NCBI GenBank assembly: GCA_014381925.1
Contig: JACNKR010000027.1
Span: forward strand, 1,991 to 65,990
Direction of reading: 5' to 3'
DNA: 64,000 nt
From: Fidelibacterota bacterium
GTDB taxonomy: Bacteria > Fidelibacterota > Marinisomatia > SCGC-AAA003-L08 > GCA-2689995
How positions within the stretch are numbered: the stretch's first letter is position 1; every line of letters starts with the position of its first letter. Positions 1 through 9,232 of this stretch are shown piece after piece. Both the position numbers and the translations under genes were made by a program. The notes beneath the pieces are model-generated. The model was not told where the DNA came from and searched no databases. It was given only the letters and a program-made list of their open reading frames with translations.

Positions 1-255
1 CCTCCGCAAAATTAACCAGTCTGAAAGTTCTTATTCAATTCTGACAGACACAAAATTGAACCAGTCTGCTAAAGATAACATTCCCATATAAAATCACAGA
101 CAAATTCTAAAGGGAATGGCTACCGAACTATTTAAGCGGCAGCAGCGTAGCCATAATCGGCATTTAAGGTTTGTTCCAAGATGATTTACGAGGTAACTTG
201 AAATCCTCGACATGCAGTCAATAGTCTAGCTTACCCGTCGAAACCAGACGCCCCC
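1..255 (-). ncRNA. ssrA: tmRNA (SsrA), 5' portion; the 3' T-arm/CCA end lies beyond the window start
   Basis: The reverse complement starts GGGGCGUCUGGUUUCGACGGG...GCAUGUCGAGG...CCUCGUAAA. This parallels the E. coli ssrA 5' end (GGGGCUGAUUCUGGAUUCGACGGG...GCAUGCCGAGG...CCUCGUAAA). An internal tag reading frame GCC GAU UAU GGC UAC GCU GCU GCC GCU UAA (161..132) encodes ADYGYAAAA*. Confidence 0.9.
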
Positions 256-306
256 AATATCAAAAAGCGGTTATAATTTCTAACTAATCTATTATATGAT
301 AAAAGA

Positions 307-612
307 TTAATTATTTAATAAATTAAAAAAAGAATCAGAACTTTCAGCCATTTCTAAATCAAATGTTGAAATTCCTCCTAAATCATGTGTTGAAAATCGG
401 ACTTGAACTTTACACCATCCCACAATTAAATCAGGATGATGATTTAATTCCTCCGCTTTTATTGCCAGTTTATTAATAAATTCAATCCCATTCATGTATT
501 TAGTAAAGCTTAATGTTCTTTCAATACCATTATCTTTTAGAATCCAAGATTTATTACTATTCAAAAATTTGTTAATTTCAGATTGGTTTAATAATCTTCT
601 ATTATTGAACAT
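307..612 (-). CDS. pterin-4-alpha-carbinolamine dehydratase (PCD/DCoH family)
   Basis: 101 aa. The size and the EELNHHPDL ... VRFSTHD signature are typical of PCD proteins. Confidence 0.75.
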   Translation of the reverse strand: MFNNRRLLNQSEINKFLNSNKSWILKDNGIERTLSFTKYMNGIEFINKLAIKAEELNHHPDLIVGWCKVQVRFSTHDLGGISTFDLEMAESSDSFFNLLNN

Positions 613-1191
613 TTATATTTTTTCTTTAAGTGCAATATTTATTTTTTCAATAAAATCTGAGTACATATATTGCCCCTTTATAATAGCTCCAGGATATGAT
701 GCAATAATATCGCCTTTTCGGCCAATGATATAGGAAGTTGGAACGGCATATACACCACCATATTTTCGAGTAATTTTATCCATATTTCGTGGTGAGTCAA
801 AAAGAAGCGGATAATCAACTCGATATGATTTTGTAAAATTTTTCAATGCTTTCTTTTGATCACTGATACTAATTCCTAAAATTTCTAAACCATCTTCTTT
901 ATGTTTTGTATATAATTCATTAAAGTCAGGAATTTCTAAGCGACACGGTCCACACCAAGTTGCCCAAAAATTAATAATAACCACTTTTCCTCTTAATTCT
1001 GAAAGTGTATAAGTCGAATCATTTAGAGCGGGAAGTGAAAAATCTGGAGCAAATTGAATATCTTCCGTGAGCTTATTTATTGCATTTTTTTGTTCTTGTG
1101 ACAATTCTTTATTCTGGCACATTACAAGACAAAGTAAAATTCCAATCCATAGTAAATTTGTTTTATTCATTATCTTTTTTATTATTTCCAT
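613..1191 (-). CDS. periplasmic thiol:disulfide oxidoreductase, TlpA/ResA-like thioredoxin fold
   Basis: N-terminal signal/anchor and FWATWCGPC active site. It sits 5 nt downstream of the DsbD-like gene on the same strand. Confidence 0.8.
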   Translation of the reverse strand: MEIIKKIMNKTNLLWIGILLCLVMCQNKELSQEQKNAINKLTEDIQFAPDFSLPALNDSTYTLSELRGKVVIINFWATWCGPCRLEIPDFNELYTKHKEDGLEILGISISDQKKALKNFTKSYRVDYPLLFDSPRNMDKITRKYGGVYAVPTSYIIGRKGDIIASYPGAIIKGQYMYSDFIEKINIALKEKI

Positions 1192-1196
1192 TTAAT

Positions 1197-3038
1197 TTAG
1201 ATTAACCCCTTTTTAAGGAAAGTTACAAACTTGTTTATATCTGTATCCATTCCAGCAAAACGAGAAATTTCAACATCATCTGGCGATAAAATCACATAAT
1301 ATGGTAAGGCCGCTGTACCAAATCGGTCAACTTCCATTTGCTGGTATTTCCGAGCATTTTTTCCACCATCAGTATATAATCGAATTAATATAAATTGCTC
1401 AAATAACTCAATGACTTCAGATTCTTCAAAAATATTCATTTCCATCCAACGACAATTTGTACAAGTATATCCTGTAAAGTCAAGGAATACAGGTATTTGA
1501 GTTTCTTTACTCTTTGCCATTCCTTCTTCAAAATCTTCATACCACTTTAAATTTTCATGGCTTGAAATAGATTCAGTGTTAGATTTTTCAACATAGGTAA
1601 AATCGGGTGGAAGATAAGAATCAATTAATCCATGAATAGGTTGCCCAAATAATCCAGTACTTAAATATAATCCAAAACTTAAACATGCAATACTCATCAT
1701 CAATCTCGGCACACCTATAATTTCTAACTGTGAATCATGAGGAAGCCTAATTTTTCCCAATAAATAAACCCCCATTAATATGGCAATTATTGTCCAGCTT
1801 GCCAACACCATTGGCCTTGTAAATATACCAAGCTGCCAAACTAAATCTGTATTACTGAAAAATTTAAATGCAGCACCGAGTTCTAAAAAACCCATAATCA
1901 CTTTAACAGAATTAAGCCAACCACCACTTTGTGGTAATTTTGATAAATATTGAGGAAATAATGCTAAAAAGAAAAATGGTAATGCAAAGGCAGTCGCAAA
2001 ACAAACCATTCCTAAAACAGGCCAGAAATAATCACCTTGGCTTGCTGTAACTAAAAGCAGGCCTACAAATTGAACTGTACAGGTAAACGATGTTAATGTG
2101 AAAGTAAACGCCATAAACAGAATGCCCATCACTCCACCTCTCTGCTCCTGTTTCATACTAAACTGTCTTAATGCAGATGGCATTTCAATTTCATATTGAC
2201 CAAATAAACTAAATGCAAAATAAACAAATAATCCACCAATTAATATATTTATCCATGGATTTGAAGCAATTTGGTTTGCACCTGTTGCCCCTAAAGTTGC
2301 CGCCAATAACAATCCTAATACCGTAAAAATAGTAATAATTCCAATCGTATAAACACTTGCACTTTTAAGTGGTGACGAGCCTTCAGATTCCCCCATTTTT
2401 GTAAAAAATGAAACTGTAATTGGAATCATTGGGAATACACATGGTGTAAGTAAAGCTAAAAATCCCATTGAAATAGCAAGAAGAATAAATGAGCCAAACC
2501 CTTCCGAAATTGCCTCATCTACCATAGAGGTATTAGCAGTATTCTCCGTTTCACTATTTTCATATATCCCCTCATCAATAATCAATTGAATAGTAAAATC
2601 ATCCCATTTGGGAATACACATCGTCGGATCACATGCTAAATATACCAATGAACCCTCAACATCATATTCGCCTGGAATTAAATTTTTAGATACTTTTAAA
2701 TTTTTAGATAATCTAAATTTTTTCTTTTGAATCCCCACATCCATATCAAAATTCTTATCATATTTAATAATTGGATCCGGTTCTGTAAACTCTCCATAAA
2801 AATCAAAATAAGTAGAATCATAAAATTCAACTACAGTAGGTCTTAATGATTTTTCTGGATCTGTAGAATAAAAATGAAAATTGGTTTTTATATTTACATC
2901 AAAATGAATAATTAATGGTTCACCCGCTTTATAAGATGACTTATCAAGTGAAAAATCAAATTTCACTGCATCATCAAAATCCTGAGTAAATCCAATACTA
3001 AAAAATAGGAATAGTCCTACAAAAATATGTCTTTGCAT
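1197..3038 (-). CDS. dsbD: thiol:disulfide interchange protein DsbD-like
   Basis: Secreted N-terminal domain, multi-TM core with LTPCVFPM and SFTCT cysteines, and a C-terminal thioredoxin domain with CTNC. I moved the start to MQRHIF (3038). The longest ORF (to 3128) would overlap the upstream patatin gene by 86 nt, and the signal peptide follows this Met. Confidence 0.8.
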   Translation of the reverse strand: MQRHIFVGLFLFFSIGFTQDFDDAVKFDFSLDKSSYKAGEPLIIHFDVNIKTNFHFYSTDPEKSLRPTVVEFYDSTYFDFYGEFTEPDPIIKYDKNFDMDVGIQKKKFRLSKNLKVSKNLIPGEYDVEGSLVYLACDPTMCIPKWDDFTIQLIIDEGIYENSETENTANTSMVDEAISEGFGSFILLAISMGFLALLTPCVFPMIPITVSFFTKMGESEGSSPLKSASVYTIGIITIFTVLGLLLAATLGATGANQIASNPWINILIGGLFVYFAFSLFGQYEIEMPSALRQFSMKQEQRGGVMGILFMAFTFTLTSFTCTVQFVGLLLVTASQGDYFWPVLGMVCFATAFALPFFFLALFPQYLSKLPQSGGWLNSVKVIMGFLELGAAFKFFSNTDLVWQLGIFTRPMVLASWTIIAILMGVYLLGKIRLPHDSQLEIIGVPRLMMSIACLSFGLYLSTGLFGQPIHGLIDSYLPPDFTYVEKSNTESISSHENLKWYEDFEEGMAKSKETQIPVFLDFTGYTCTNCRWMEMNIFEESEVIELFEQFILIRLYTDGGKNARKYQQMEVDRFGTAALPYYVILSPDDVEISRFAGMDTDINKFVTFLKKGLI

Positions 3039-3042
3039 TAAA

Positions 3043-3999
3043 TTAATTATTACTCTCCATTTTGGGTTTTGTATTTTGAAATATTTTTTGAATTTTATTA
3101 ATAAATCTTGTTTTTTTCTTATATGCATGTTGAATCATTTCAAGGTTATCAATTACTGTATTTTCACCATTTTTTATTAACACATCAATTTTTGAAAAAT
3201 CACCCCAAAACAAATTCAAGGTATCAGGTTCTAAAAAAACATCCAAAATCTTGTTATTAAATTTAGAAAGTTTTTTAGTTGTAATTTGTTCCGTTCTTCC
3301 TAAAATTTGGATTAAATTTAAATTATTTATTGGATTAAATTTTTGAATATCTGCACTGACGCCAATTGTAAATTCAGAGCCATTATCAATAACCATCTGT
3401 GCAGGAATTGGACGAGAAACGCCACCATCGGTAAGCAACATATCTTTATATTTTATAGGTTGAATATATCCTGGAATAGCTGACGACGCAAGTACTGCAT
3501 CTAATAAATTTCCATCTTTAAAAATAATATCGTTTCCAGTATGTAAATCAACAGAAGAACAAGAAAATGGAAGTTTTAAATCTGAAAATTTTCTAACAGG
3601 TAACAAATATCTGAGTGCATCCTTTAATCTATCTGACTTTAATAATCCCAATCTTTCATTTACAATATTAATTTGGATTGTTTTTTTAACAAACTCAGTA
3701 GCCATTTGTAAAAAAGAATAATCATCTTCAGTTTTTGAATTTATTCGATTTAATCCAATAATTTTAAATTCATCACTATTAACAAAATTTTTAATTCTAT
3801 TTTCAACCCAATGTGTATCTAAAGTCGCTGAATACATTGCTCCAATAATTGCTCCTACCGAAGTTCCTGCAATTAAATCGGGTATGAAATTATTTTTCTC
3901 TAATTCTCTCAATACTCCGATATGGGTTAAACCACGAGCACCACCACCACCTAACGCAATTCCAATTTTTAGTGAATTAGGAATCTTACTTTTCCTCAC
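3043..3999 (-). CDS. patatin-like phospholipase (RssA-like)
   Basis: GGGGARG oxyanion motif, GTSVG (GxSxG) nucleophile, and TDGG catalytic Asp motif. Confidence 0.85.
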   Translation of the reverse strand: MRKSKIPNSLKIGIALGGGGARGLTHIGVLRELEKNNFIPDLIAGTSVGAIIGAMYSATLDTHWVENRIKNFVNSDEFKIIGLNRINSKTEDDYSFLQMATEFVKKTIQINIVNERLGLLKSDRLKDALRYLLPVRKFSDLKLPFSCSSVDLHTGNDIIFKDGNLLDAVLASSAIPGYIQPIKYKDMLLTDGGVSRPIPAQMVIDNGSEFTIGVSADIQKFNPINNLNLIQILGRTEQITTKKLSKFNNKILDVFLEPDTLNLFWGDFSKIDVLIKNGENTVIDNLEMIQHAYKKKTRFINKIQKIFQNTKPKMESNN

Positions 4000-4852
4000 T
4001 CAATTTTACTCTAACTTTTTTTATTATTACATCAGACATGGGTCTATCACTATAAAGGTTTTTCTGTTGCACAGTTCTATAATTATTTTTATTCAATCCA
4101 TTTGGAGTTTTTGAATAAATTGTTTCACCCGTTTTAGGATCTTTCAATGTTACCCAATTTTCAGGATCTTCATCTACTGGAATTTCTTTTTTTGAATTTA
4201 TCTTTACAATACTATATCCCGTTGGAGCTTTCACAATTCGATCAATAACATGAATTTTACTTGTTACTTCACCAAATACAGTATATTTCCCATCTAAATG
4301 AGGTGCATCAGCAACACAGATAAAAAATTGGCTCCCCGCTGAATTAGGGTCTGAGGATCTTGCCATTGACAATACTCCTTTTTTATGAGAGTAATTATTA
4401 AATTCAGCGTCAATAGTCCACCCTGGACCACCCGTACCATCATTTTCATCATCAAAATCTCGAGATAAAATATCTCCACCTTGAATCATAAATCCAGGGA
4501 TTACACGATGGAAAGTTGTTAAATCATAAAATCCACTATTTGCTAACCGCTTAAAATTCTTACAATGTTCTGGTGCAATATCTGGAAATAATTTCATTGT
4601 AAATTTCCCCACTGAAGTTTCCATATAAACAATATCATTTTCATTCACCTCTACAATTGGAAAATTTTTTACATTCGCTTTTATTTCATCTATTTTAGAA
4701 TCTATTAATTTGATTTGATTTCTTGGAGAATTAATAAGCCCTTTCATATCCAAACCTAATTTAGGGTCATATTTTAATATTGCGAGCGAATCTTGTGCAA
4801 TTGTTGCTCCAATAAATAAAATAATTAAAAAAATCGGTGATTTTGTTTTCAT
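3986..4852 (-). CDS. secreted cyclophilin-type peptidyl-prolyl cis-trans isomerase
   Basis: Signal peptide plus the cyclophilin motifs FHRVIPGFMIQGGD and SMARS..PNSAGSQFFI. Confidence 0.85.
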   Translation of the reverse strand: MKTKSPIFLIILFIGATIAQDSLAILKYDPKLGLDMKGLINSPRNQIKLIDSKIDEIKANVKNFPIVEVNENDIVYMETSVGKFTMKLFPDIAPEHCKNFKRLANSGFYDLTTFHRVIPGFMIQGGDILSRDFDDENDGTGGPGWTIDAEFNNYSHKKGVLSMARSSDPNSAGSQFFICVADAPHLDGKYTVFGEVTSKIHVIDRIVKAPTGYSIVKINSKKEIPVDEDPENWVTLKDPKTGETIYSKTPNGLNKNNYRTVQQKNLYSDRPMSDVIIKKVRVKLSEEK

Positions 4853-4980
4853 TTTGTTTCAATATTTATGTTAGAAATTAGTTGCTATTACAAGTAATTT
4901 ATCCTTTTCGGTGATAAATATCTAAAGTTAATTTTGTAAATAATTTTAACAAAATTTTATTATAATGAAATATTAAACAA

Positions 4981-5556
4981 ATGGAACAACTGGCACTCGG
5001 AATATTAGAGAAATCAAAGACGAAAGTCATTGCAGAAATACTGAATGGGTTCAATGGTTTTAAAATTGAATTTATTGAAAAAATCGGCAGTGATGATATT
5101 GCACAATTAATTGAAGTATCAGAAGAATTAGTTAAAAAATTCGGTGATTCTGCAAAATTGACTAAAAGTAATATTACAAAATATTTTAATAAAGATACAC
5201 TTCCATTTGTAGCTCGACAAAATTCTAAAATTATTGGGTACATTATTGGTGTTCCTTTAGAATATTTTACAAAAGAAGCATGGTCTCATTATGATATTAA
5301 TTTAGGAAAAGATAATACAATGTATACCTATGCATTTGTTGTTAGTGAACAATTTCAAGGACGAGGCGGTTATGCAAAATCGTTAAAACGAGTGTATTTA
5401 AATTATGTAAAAAAACGAAATTATAAGTTTATTACTGGACATACCGAATTAGGTATCGCAAAAAACTTTTCAAAAGATACAGAAACTGTGAAAATTTTTC
5501 CAGAGTGGTATAATAGTAGAGTTTCTTTTGAATATTATAGAAGACCAATTAAATAG
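4981..5556 (+). CDS. GNAT-family N-acetyltransferase (probable)
   Basis: 191 aa. QFQGRGGYAKSL resembles the GNAT acetyl-CoA motif Q/RxxGxG/A. The rest is not diagnostic. Confidence 0.45.
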   Translation: MEQLALGILEKSKTKVIAEILNGFNGFKIEFIEKIGSDDIAQLIEVSEELVKKFGDSAKLTKSNITKYFNKDTLPFVARQNSKIIGYIIGVPLEYFTKEAWSHYDINLGKDNTMYTYAFVVSEQFQGRGGYAKSLKRVYLNYVKKRNYKFITGHTELGIAKNFSKDTETVKIFPEWYNSRVSFEYYRRPIK

Positions 5557-5566
5557 GAGAATGATA

Positions 5567-6466
5567 ATGAAGTTTATAAAATCAATATTAATATTTTTAT
5601 TATTTCAAATTGGGTTTTGTATTTCTTTATGGGATGTATATTTTGAATCAGAGCCCGCACATGGATATGATAAGTATATGATATTAAATCCAGACGAAGA
5701 ATATATAGGAGGATTTGGAGTCTATGAGGGGTTAGTATTCATTGAAGGAAATGGTGCGGTTATAGACCTGCAAGACGGTTTAGGAATCTGGGTATCAGGT
5801 GCGGATTCTATTTCTGAAGTTAGATTAGATATGGAATATTTAACTATTATAAATGGTTTTGAATACGGTGCATATTATTCAGGTTATGCAAAAGGCGATA
5901 TAAAAAATTGTAATTTTATAAATGATTATATGGGTTTAAAAATGTTAGACCAAACTTTTTTAAATGTGGTTAATTGTAATTTTATTGATAATGAAGCGTA
6001 TGGGTTTGCAATATATTCTTCAATTCCAACACATCATTTATCCTATTGTAATGGATGGAATAATGGTGAAACTTATATGGAAAACTGCCCTGGCTGAGGA
6101 AATATTTGGACTCTGTTAGAGCCCGAACCTGGTACTGGAAATATAAGTCTAAATCCTGAATTTTTAAATCAGAATAATCTGCAATTTGAGTATAATTATA
6201 TATCACCATGTATTGATCAAGGAGATCCCGAATTAACAGATCCTAATGGTTCACGGAGTGACATTGGGGCAAATTTTTATGAAAATTCATTATTAGGTGA
6301 TTGTAATAATGATGCCGTGCTAAATGTAATAGATATTGTTGGAATAATTGATGGATGTATTTTAGCTGCAAATTTAGAAGATTGTAGTTGTGGAGATTTA
6401 AATGTGGATGAACAAATCAATGTAATTGATATTGTTATTATGGTGAATTATATTTTAGGGAATTAA
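5567..6466 (+). CDS. secreted parallel beta-helix protein with C-terminal dockerin-like module, interrupted by one in-frame TGA (6095..6097)
   Basis: Signal peptide MKFIKSILIFLLFQIGFC follows an AGGAG RBS. Beta-helix rungs are present (NCNFINDYMG, NCNFIDNEAYG). The same frame stays open after the TGA and encodes conserved-looking SPCIDQGDPELTDPNGSRSDIGA plus a two-repeat dockerin. 5567..6466 is exactly 300 codons. Confidence 0.55.
6296..6463 (+). other. dockerin-like duplicated Ca-binding module
   Basis: GDCNNDAVLNVIDIVGII ... GDLNVDEQINVIDIVIMVNYILGN. Two DxNxDxx(I/L)NxxD(I/V) loops, each followed by a hydrophobic helix. Confidence 0.65.
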
Positions 6467-6957
6467 CTTTCTAAAATTAATGAAATTGCTGTTGTTAACT
6501 TTAATATATCATTACTTTGTTTAACAACTTGTTTAGTAATATTTTGAGTTAAGTTTTTAATTACTGTATAACCAAGTTGAAAATCTTTTTCACAAATATT
6601 GAAAAAATCAGTAGCCATTAAAATTCCTATCTCAACCTCGGATGTTGACCCAATACTTGCAGTTCTTTTATTGTTTTTTGTAAATAAAGAATAATCACCA
6701 AAGAATGGGTGCATAGACGAATCCAATGAAATCATTTCTTTTTCTCTATCATCAAATTCACTATTACTTGTAACCAATGTCATTGGCTTGCAAATCTTAA
6801 CACTACCTGAAAAAAGGAAAATTATTGAGTCACCCACATCCCCTTCTTTTATTATCATTTTACCTTCGTTCATTTTTTTTCTTTTAATTACTGAATTAAA
6901 CTGTAAAATTTGTTCAGATGTTAATCCATTAAAAAGTGAAAATTTTTCTAATTCCAT
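6463..6957 (-). CDS. stand-alone cyclic-nucleotide-binding (cNMP/CAP-type) domain protein
   Basis: 164 aa. Contains GDVGDSIIFLFSGSVKI and the phosphate-binding-cassette-like NNKRTASIGS (RTAS) motif. Confidence 0.7.
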   Translation of the reverse strand: MELEKFSLFNGLTSEQILQFNSVIKRKKMNEGKMIIKEGDVGDSIIFLFSGSVKICKPMTLVTSNSEFDDREKEMISLDSSMHPFFGDYSLFTKNNKRTASIGSTSEVEIGILMATDFFNICEKDFQLGYTVIKNLTQNITKQVVKQSNDILKLTTAISLILES

Positions 6958-8099
6958 TATTCTATTACCAACGCCCCCTCATTTGGTTTTATTAAATAAT
7001 TATCATCTGGATTTATAACAACTCCAGTCTTATCAGAATTTCCAAATTGATGCCCAGCCTGTTTTAATTTTTTTTCAATAAATTGATCAAGTGCAGAAGT
7101 ATCGGCTGATAAAATTTCATTCACACCCATTTTATGATGTATTTCATATACCCCTAAACAAATTAATTTCTTTCTAGATCTTAAATAACTAAACAATTCA
7201 TTAAAAGGTTTACCAATAAATGAACTTGGAATTGGAACACTTTTCAAACTATTTGGTGAATTATAATCTAAAATTCTATTAATAACTTCGGGGATTCCTG
7301 GAGCAAGGATATGTGCGGCCGCCATAAAAGTTTCAAAATCATCATCAAAAATTATTTCATCCGCATTTGCTCTCTTTAAATAACGAATACTATCCTTATC
7401 ATTTGCATAAACGATAGTTTTACAATCGGTAGATAAATGTTTTATTCCTAGGGTGGTAATAATCGCTTTTTGGTCATTTCCTTGTTTATAATCCATTAAT
7501 ATAATGGCAGCATTCGCTTTTTTAACATTTGCTTTTTCAAGAATAGCTTCTTCAGAGTAATCACCAATAACAAAACGAATTTTAATATTAAATTTCTGGA
7601 CAAAGGCATTTAATTTATCAGGAGTTTCTTCGTTGACCAATACAATATCAATTTTATTTTTTGACAAATTTATTAATGAGTTTATGACATGTTCCATTTT
7701 ACGATTCCATCCGCAAATTAAAACATGGTTTTCAAAATTAATTTTTTCCAATCCTTTCCCTTCTCGTATTTTTTGTGTAACAAACACAGATGAAATTGTA
7801 CCTGTAACAACTGCAATTAATCCAATTCCAGACATCATAATTACAATCGCAAAAATTCTTCCTGGAACTCCAGTAGGCGACATATCACCAAAGCCAACAG
7901 TTGTCATAGTTACGATTGTCCACCATAATGAATTAATTAAACTATTAAAACTAGTCGCATTTTCAGAGGGGGTTTGTAAATCTCCTTCTAAAAAGAATAT
8001 TCCTATTCCACCTAATGTCCATACGGCAAATAATGCAACAATTACTTTGGTAATGGGTTGAACCCATAATTCAGCTATTTTTTCTTTTAGTCTATTCAA
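6957..8099 (-). CDS. 2-TM potassium channel with cytoplasmic RCK/TrkA-N domain
   Basis: TM helices flank the TTVGFGD selectivity filter. A Rossmann-like RCK domain follows (HVLICGWNRK...). The stop overlaps the start of the cNMP-binding gene (TAATG). Confidence 0.8.
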   Translation of the reverse strand: MNRLKEKIAELWVQPITKVIVALFAVWTLGGIGIFFLEGDLQTPSENATSFNSLINSLWWTIVTMTTVGFGDMSPTGVPGRIFAIVIMMSGIGLIAVVTGTISSVFVTQKIREGKGLEKINFENHVLICGWNRKMEHVINSLINLSKNKIDIVLVNEETPDKLNAFVQKFNIKIRFVIGDYSEEAILEKANVKKANAAIILMDYKQGNDQKAIITTLGIKHLSTDCKTIVYANDKDSIRYLKRANADEIIFDDDFETFMAAAHILAPGIPEVINRILDYNSPNSLKSVPIPSSFIGKPFNELFSYLRSRKKLICLGVYEIHHKMGVNEILSADTSALDQFIEKKLKQAGHQFGNSDKTGVVINPDDNYLIKPNEGALVIE

Positions 8100-8157
8100 G
8101 AATATTTAAATTTAATTAATCCCTTAATTTCAAATGATTTACCCCAAACTACAAACA

Positions 8158-9162
8158 TTATTTTGACATTTTCATCGGATCAGGTACTTTTCTTGCAATT
8201 AAGTACAATGTAATAAATGCAATAAATAATAATGTCAAGACCCCAAACCATTGAAATCTATCTTTATAATAAATAGAAGATTGTGCAGAAATTACAAAAT
8301 CATCATCAAGTATATCAACACCAGAAAACCGCCATAATAAAGTATCGCCAAATGCTGAATCAGCATTTGAGCTAATTAATAAACCCGGCATAACAGTTGT
8401 TAATTCAATAATATCATCGGCTAAATCAATTGTAATTCTGGCTTCATTTTCATATTTATCAACTAAGTCTGTAAACTGAATACTTGCTTTCTCAAGAAGA
8501 TTTTTACAGATTATTTTAATGCCTTCATTTTTTATAAATTCAAAATTTGATTGTAAAGATTCATTATTATAATTTTGATTTATTTTATTCAGCCAATGTT
8601 CAAGATCTAATTTCACCATGGGTTCCAAATTAAACCCAATATCAGTTTCACTTAATGCTTGATTAAAAATATATGTTAGCCCATTAAATACCCAATCAGC
8701 AGGCGGATTATCCTGGTCTTTTAAAAACTGTACAACAAGGGGGTATTTTTCTGACGCTTTCCGGCTAGAATAAGTAATATTAATATCCCAATTCTCTCTA
8801 ATAAATTTATTCGAATAATCTATAGAAAAGTGATGGTCTAATAAAATTTCATTTGAAATTGAATCTGAATTAAAAAATGATTGAGGAAAATTTTCACCAT
8901 CTTTAAAATTTTTAACAGCTCTAAAATTATATTCTTCACTATTTTCATTAAAATTATGATTAATTACCCAATCTAGCCCCGTAGGTAATGGAAAATCAAA
9001 ATCTAATAAATCTTTTTTATCTCCAGTGGCAGAATGGTCATAATCAAAACTTCCTTCAGGATATACAATTATTGAAATATTATGTTCAACACAAGAAGTA
9101 AAAATAATGATAAAAAATAATATAAATAAAAAATTGACTCGTTTTTGCATAATTAATTCCAA
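8158..9162 (-). CDS. hypothetical protein with lipoprotein-like signal (FTSC) and C-terminal TM anchor
   Basis: Long ORF with a signal peptide and a C-terminal hydrophobic helix (GVLTLLFIAFITLYLI). I recognise no family motif. Confidence 0.45.
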   Translation of the reverse strand: MELIMQKRVNFLFILFFIIIFTSCVEHNISIIVYPEGSFDYDHSATGDKKDLLDFDFPLPTGLDWVINHNFNENSEEYNFRAVKNFKDGENFPQSFFNSDSISNEILLDHHFSIDYSNKFIRENWDINITYSSRKASEKYPLVVQFLKDQDNPPADWVFNGLTYIFNQALSETDIGFNLEPMVKLDLEHWLNKINQNYNNESLQSNFEFIKNEGIKIICKNLLEKASIQFTDLVDKYENEARITIDLADDIIELTTVMPGLLISSNADSAFGDTLLWRFSGVDILDDDFVISAQSSIYYKDRFQWFGVLTLLFIAFITLYLIARKVPDPMKMSK

Positions 9163-9232
9163 AATTAGAGGATTAAATTACGAATAAATTTTCAAACAGT
9201 TTATATTACATTTCTGTATTAATTTTGATTTA

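Noticed and set aside
3039-3128. N-terminal extension of the DsbD-like ORF (longest ORF starts at 3128).
   Set aside because: It would overlap the upstream patatin gene by 86 nt and put 30 basic residues ahead of the signal peptide. The Met at 3038 gives a normal signal peptide.
3043-3999. Patatin-like phospholipase as an anti-phage (CBASS-type) effector.
   Set aside because: There is no adjacent cyclase/CD-NTase, sensor or other defence gene. It is embedded among periplasmic folding and redox housekeeping genes, consistent with an RssA-like lipase.
6095-6097. Genome-wide UGA reassignment (code 4 or code 25) as the explanation for the in-frame TGA.
   Set aside because: TGA clearly terminates other well-defined genes in the window: glcD (10661..10663), the S4-domain gene (49042..49044) and prmC (63405..63407). 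Each has a correctly sized product and an overlapping downstream start.
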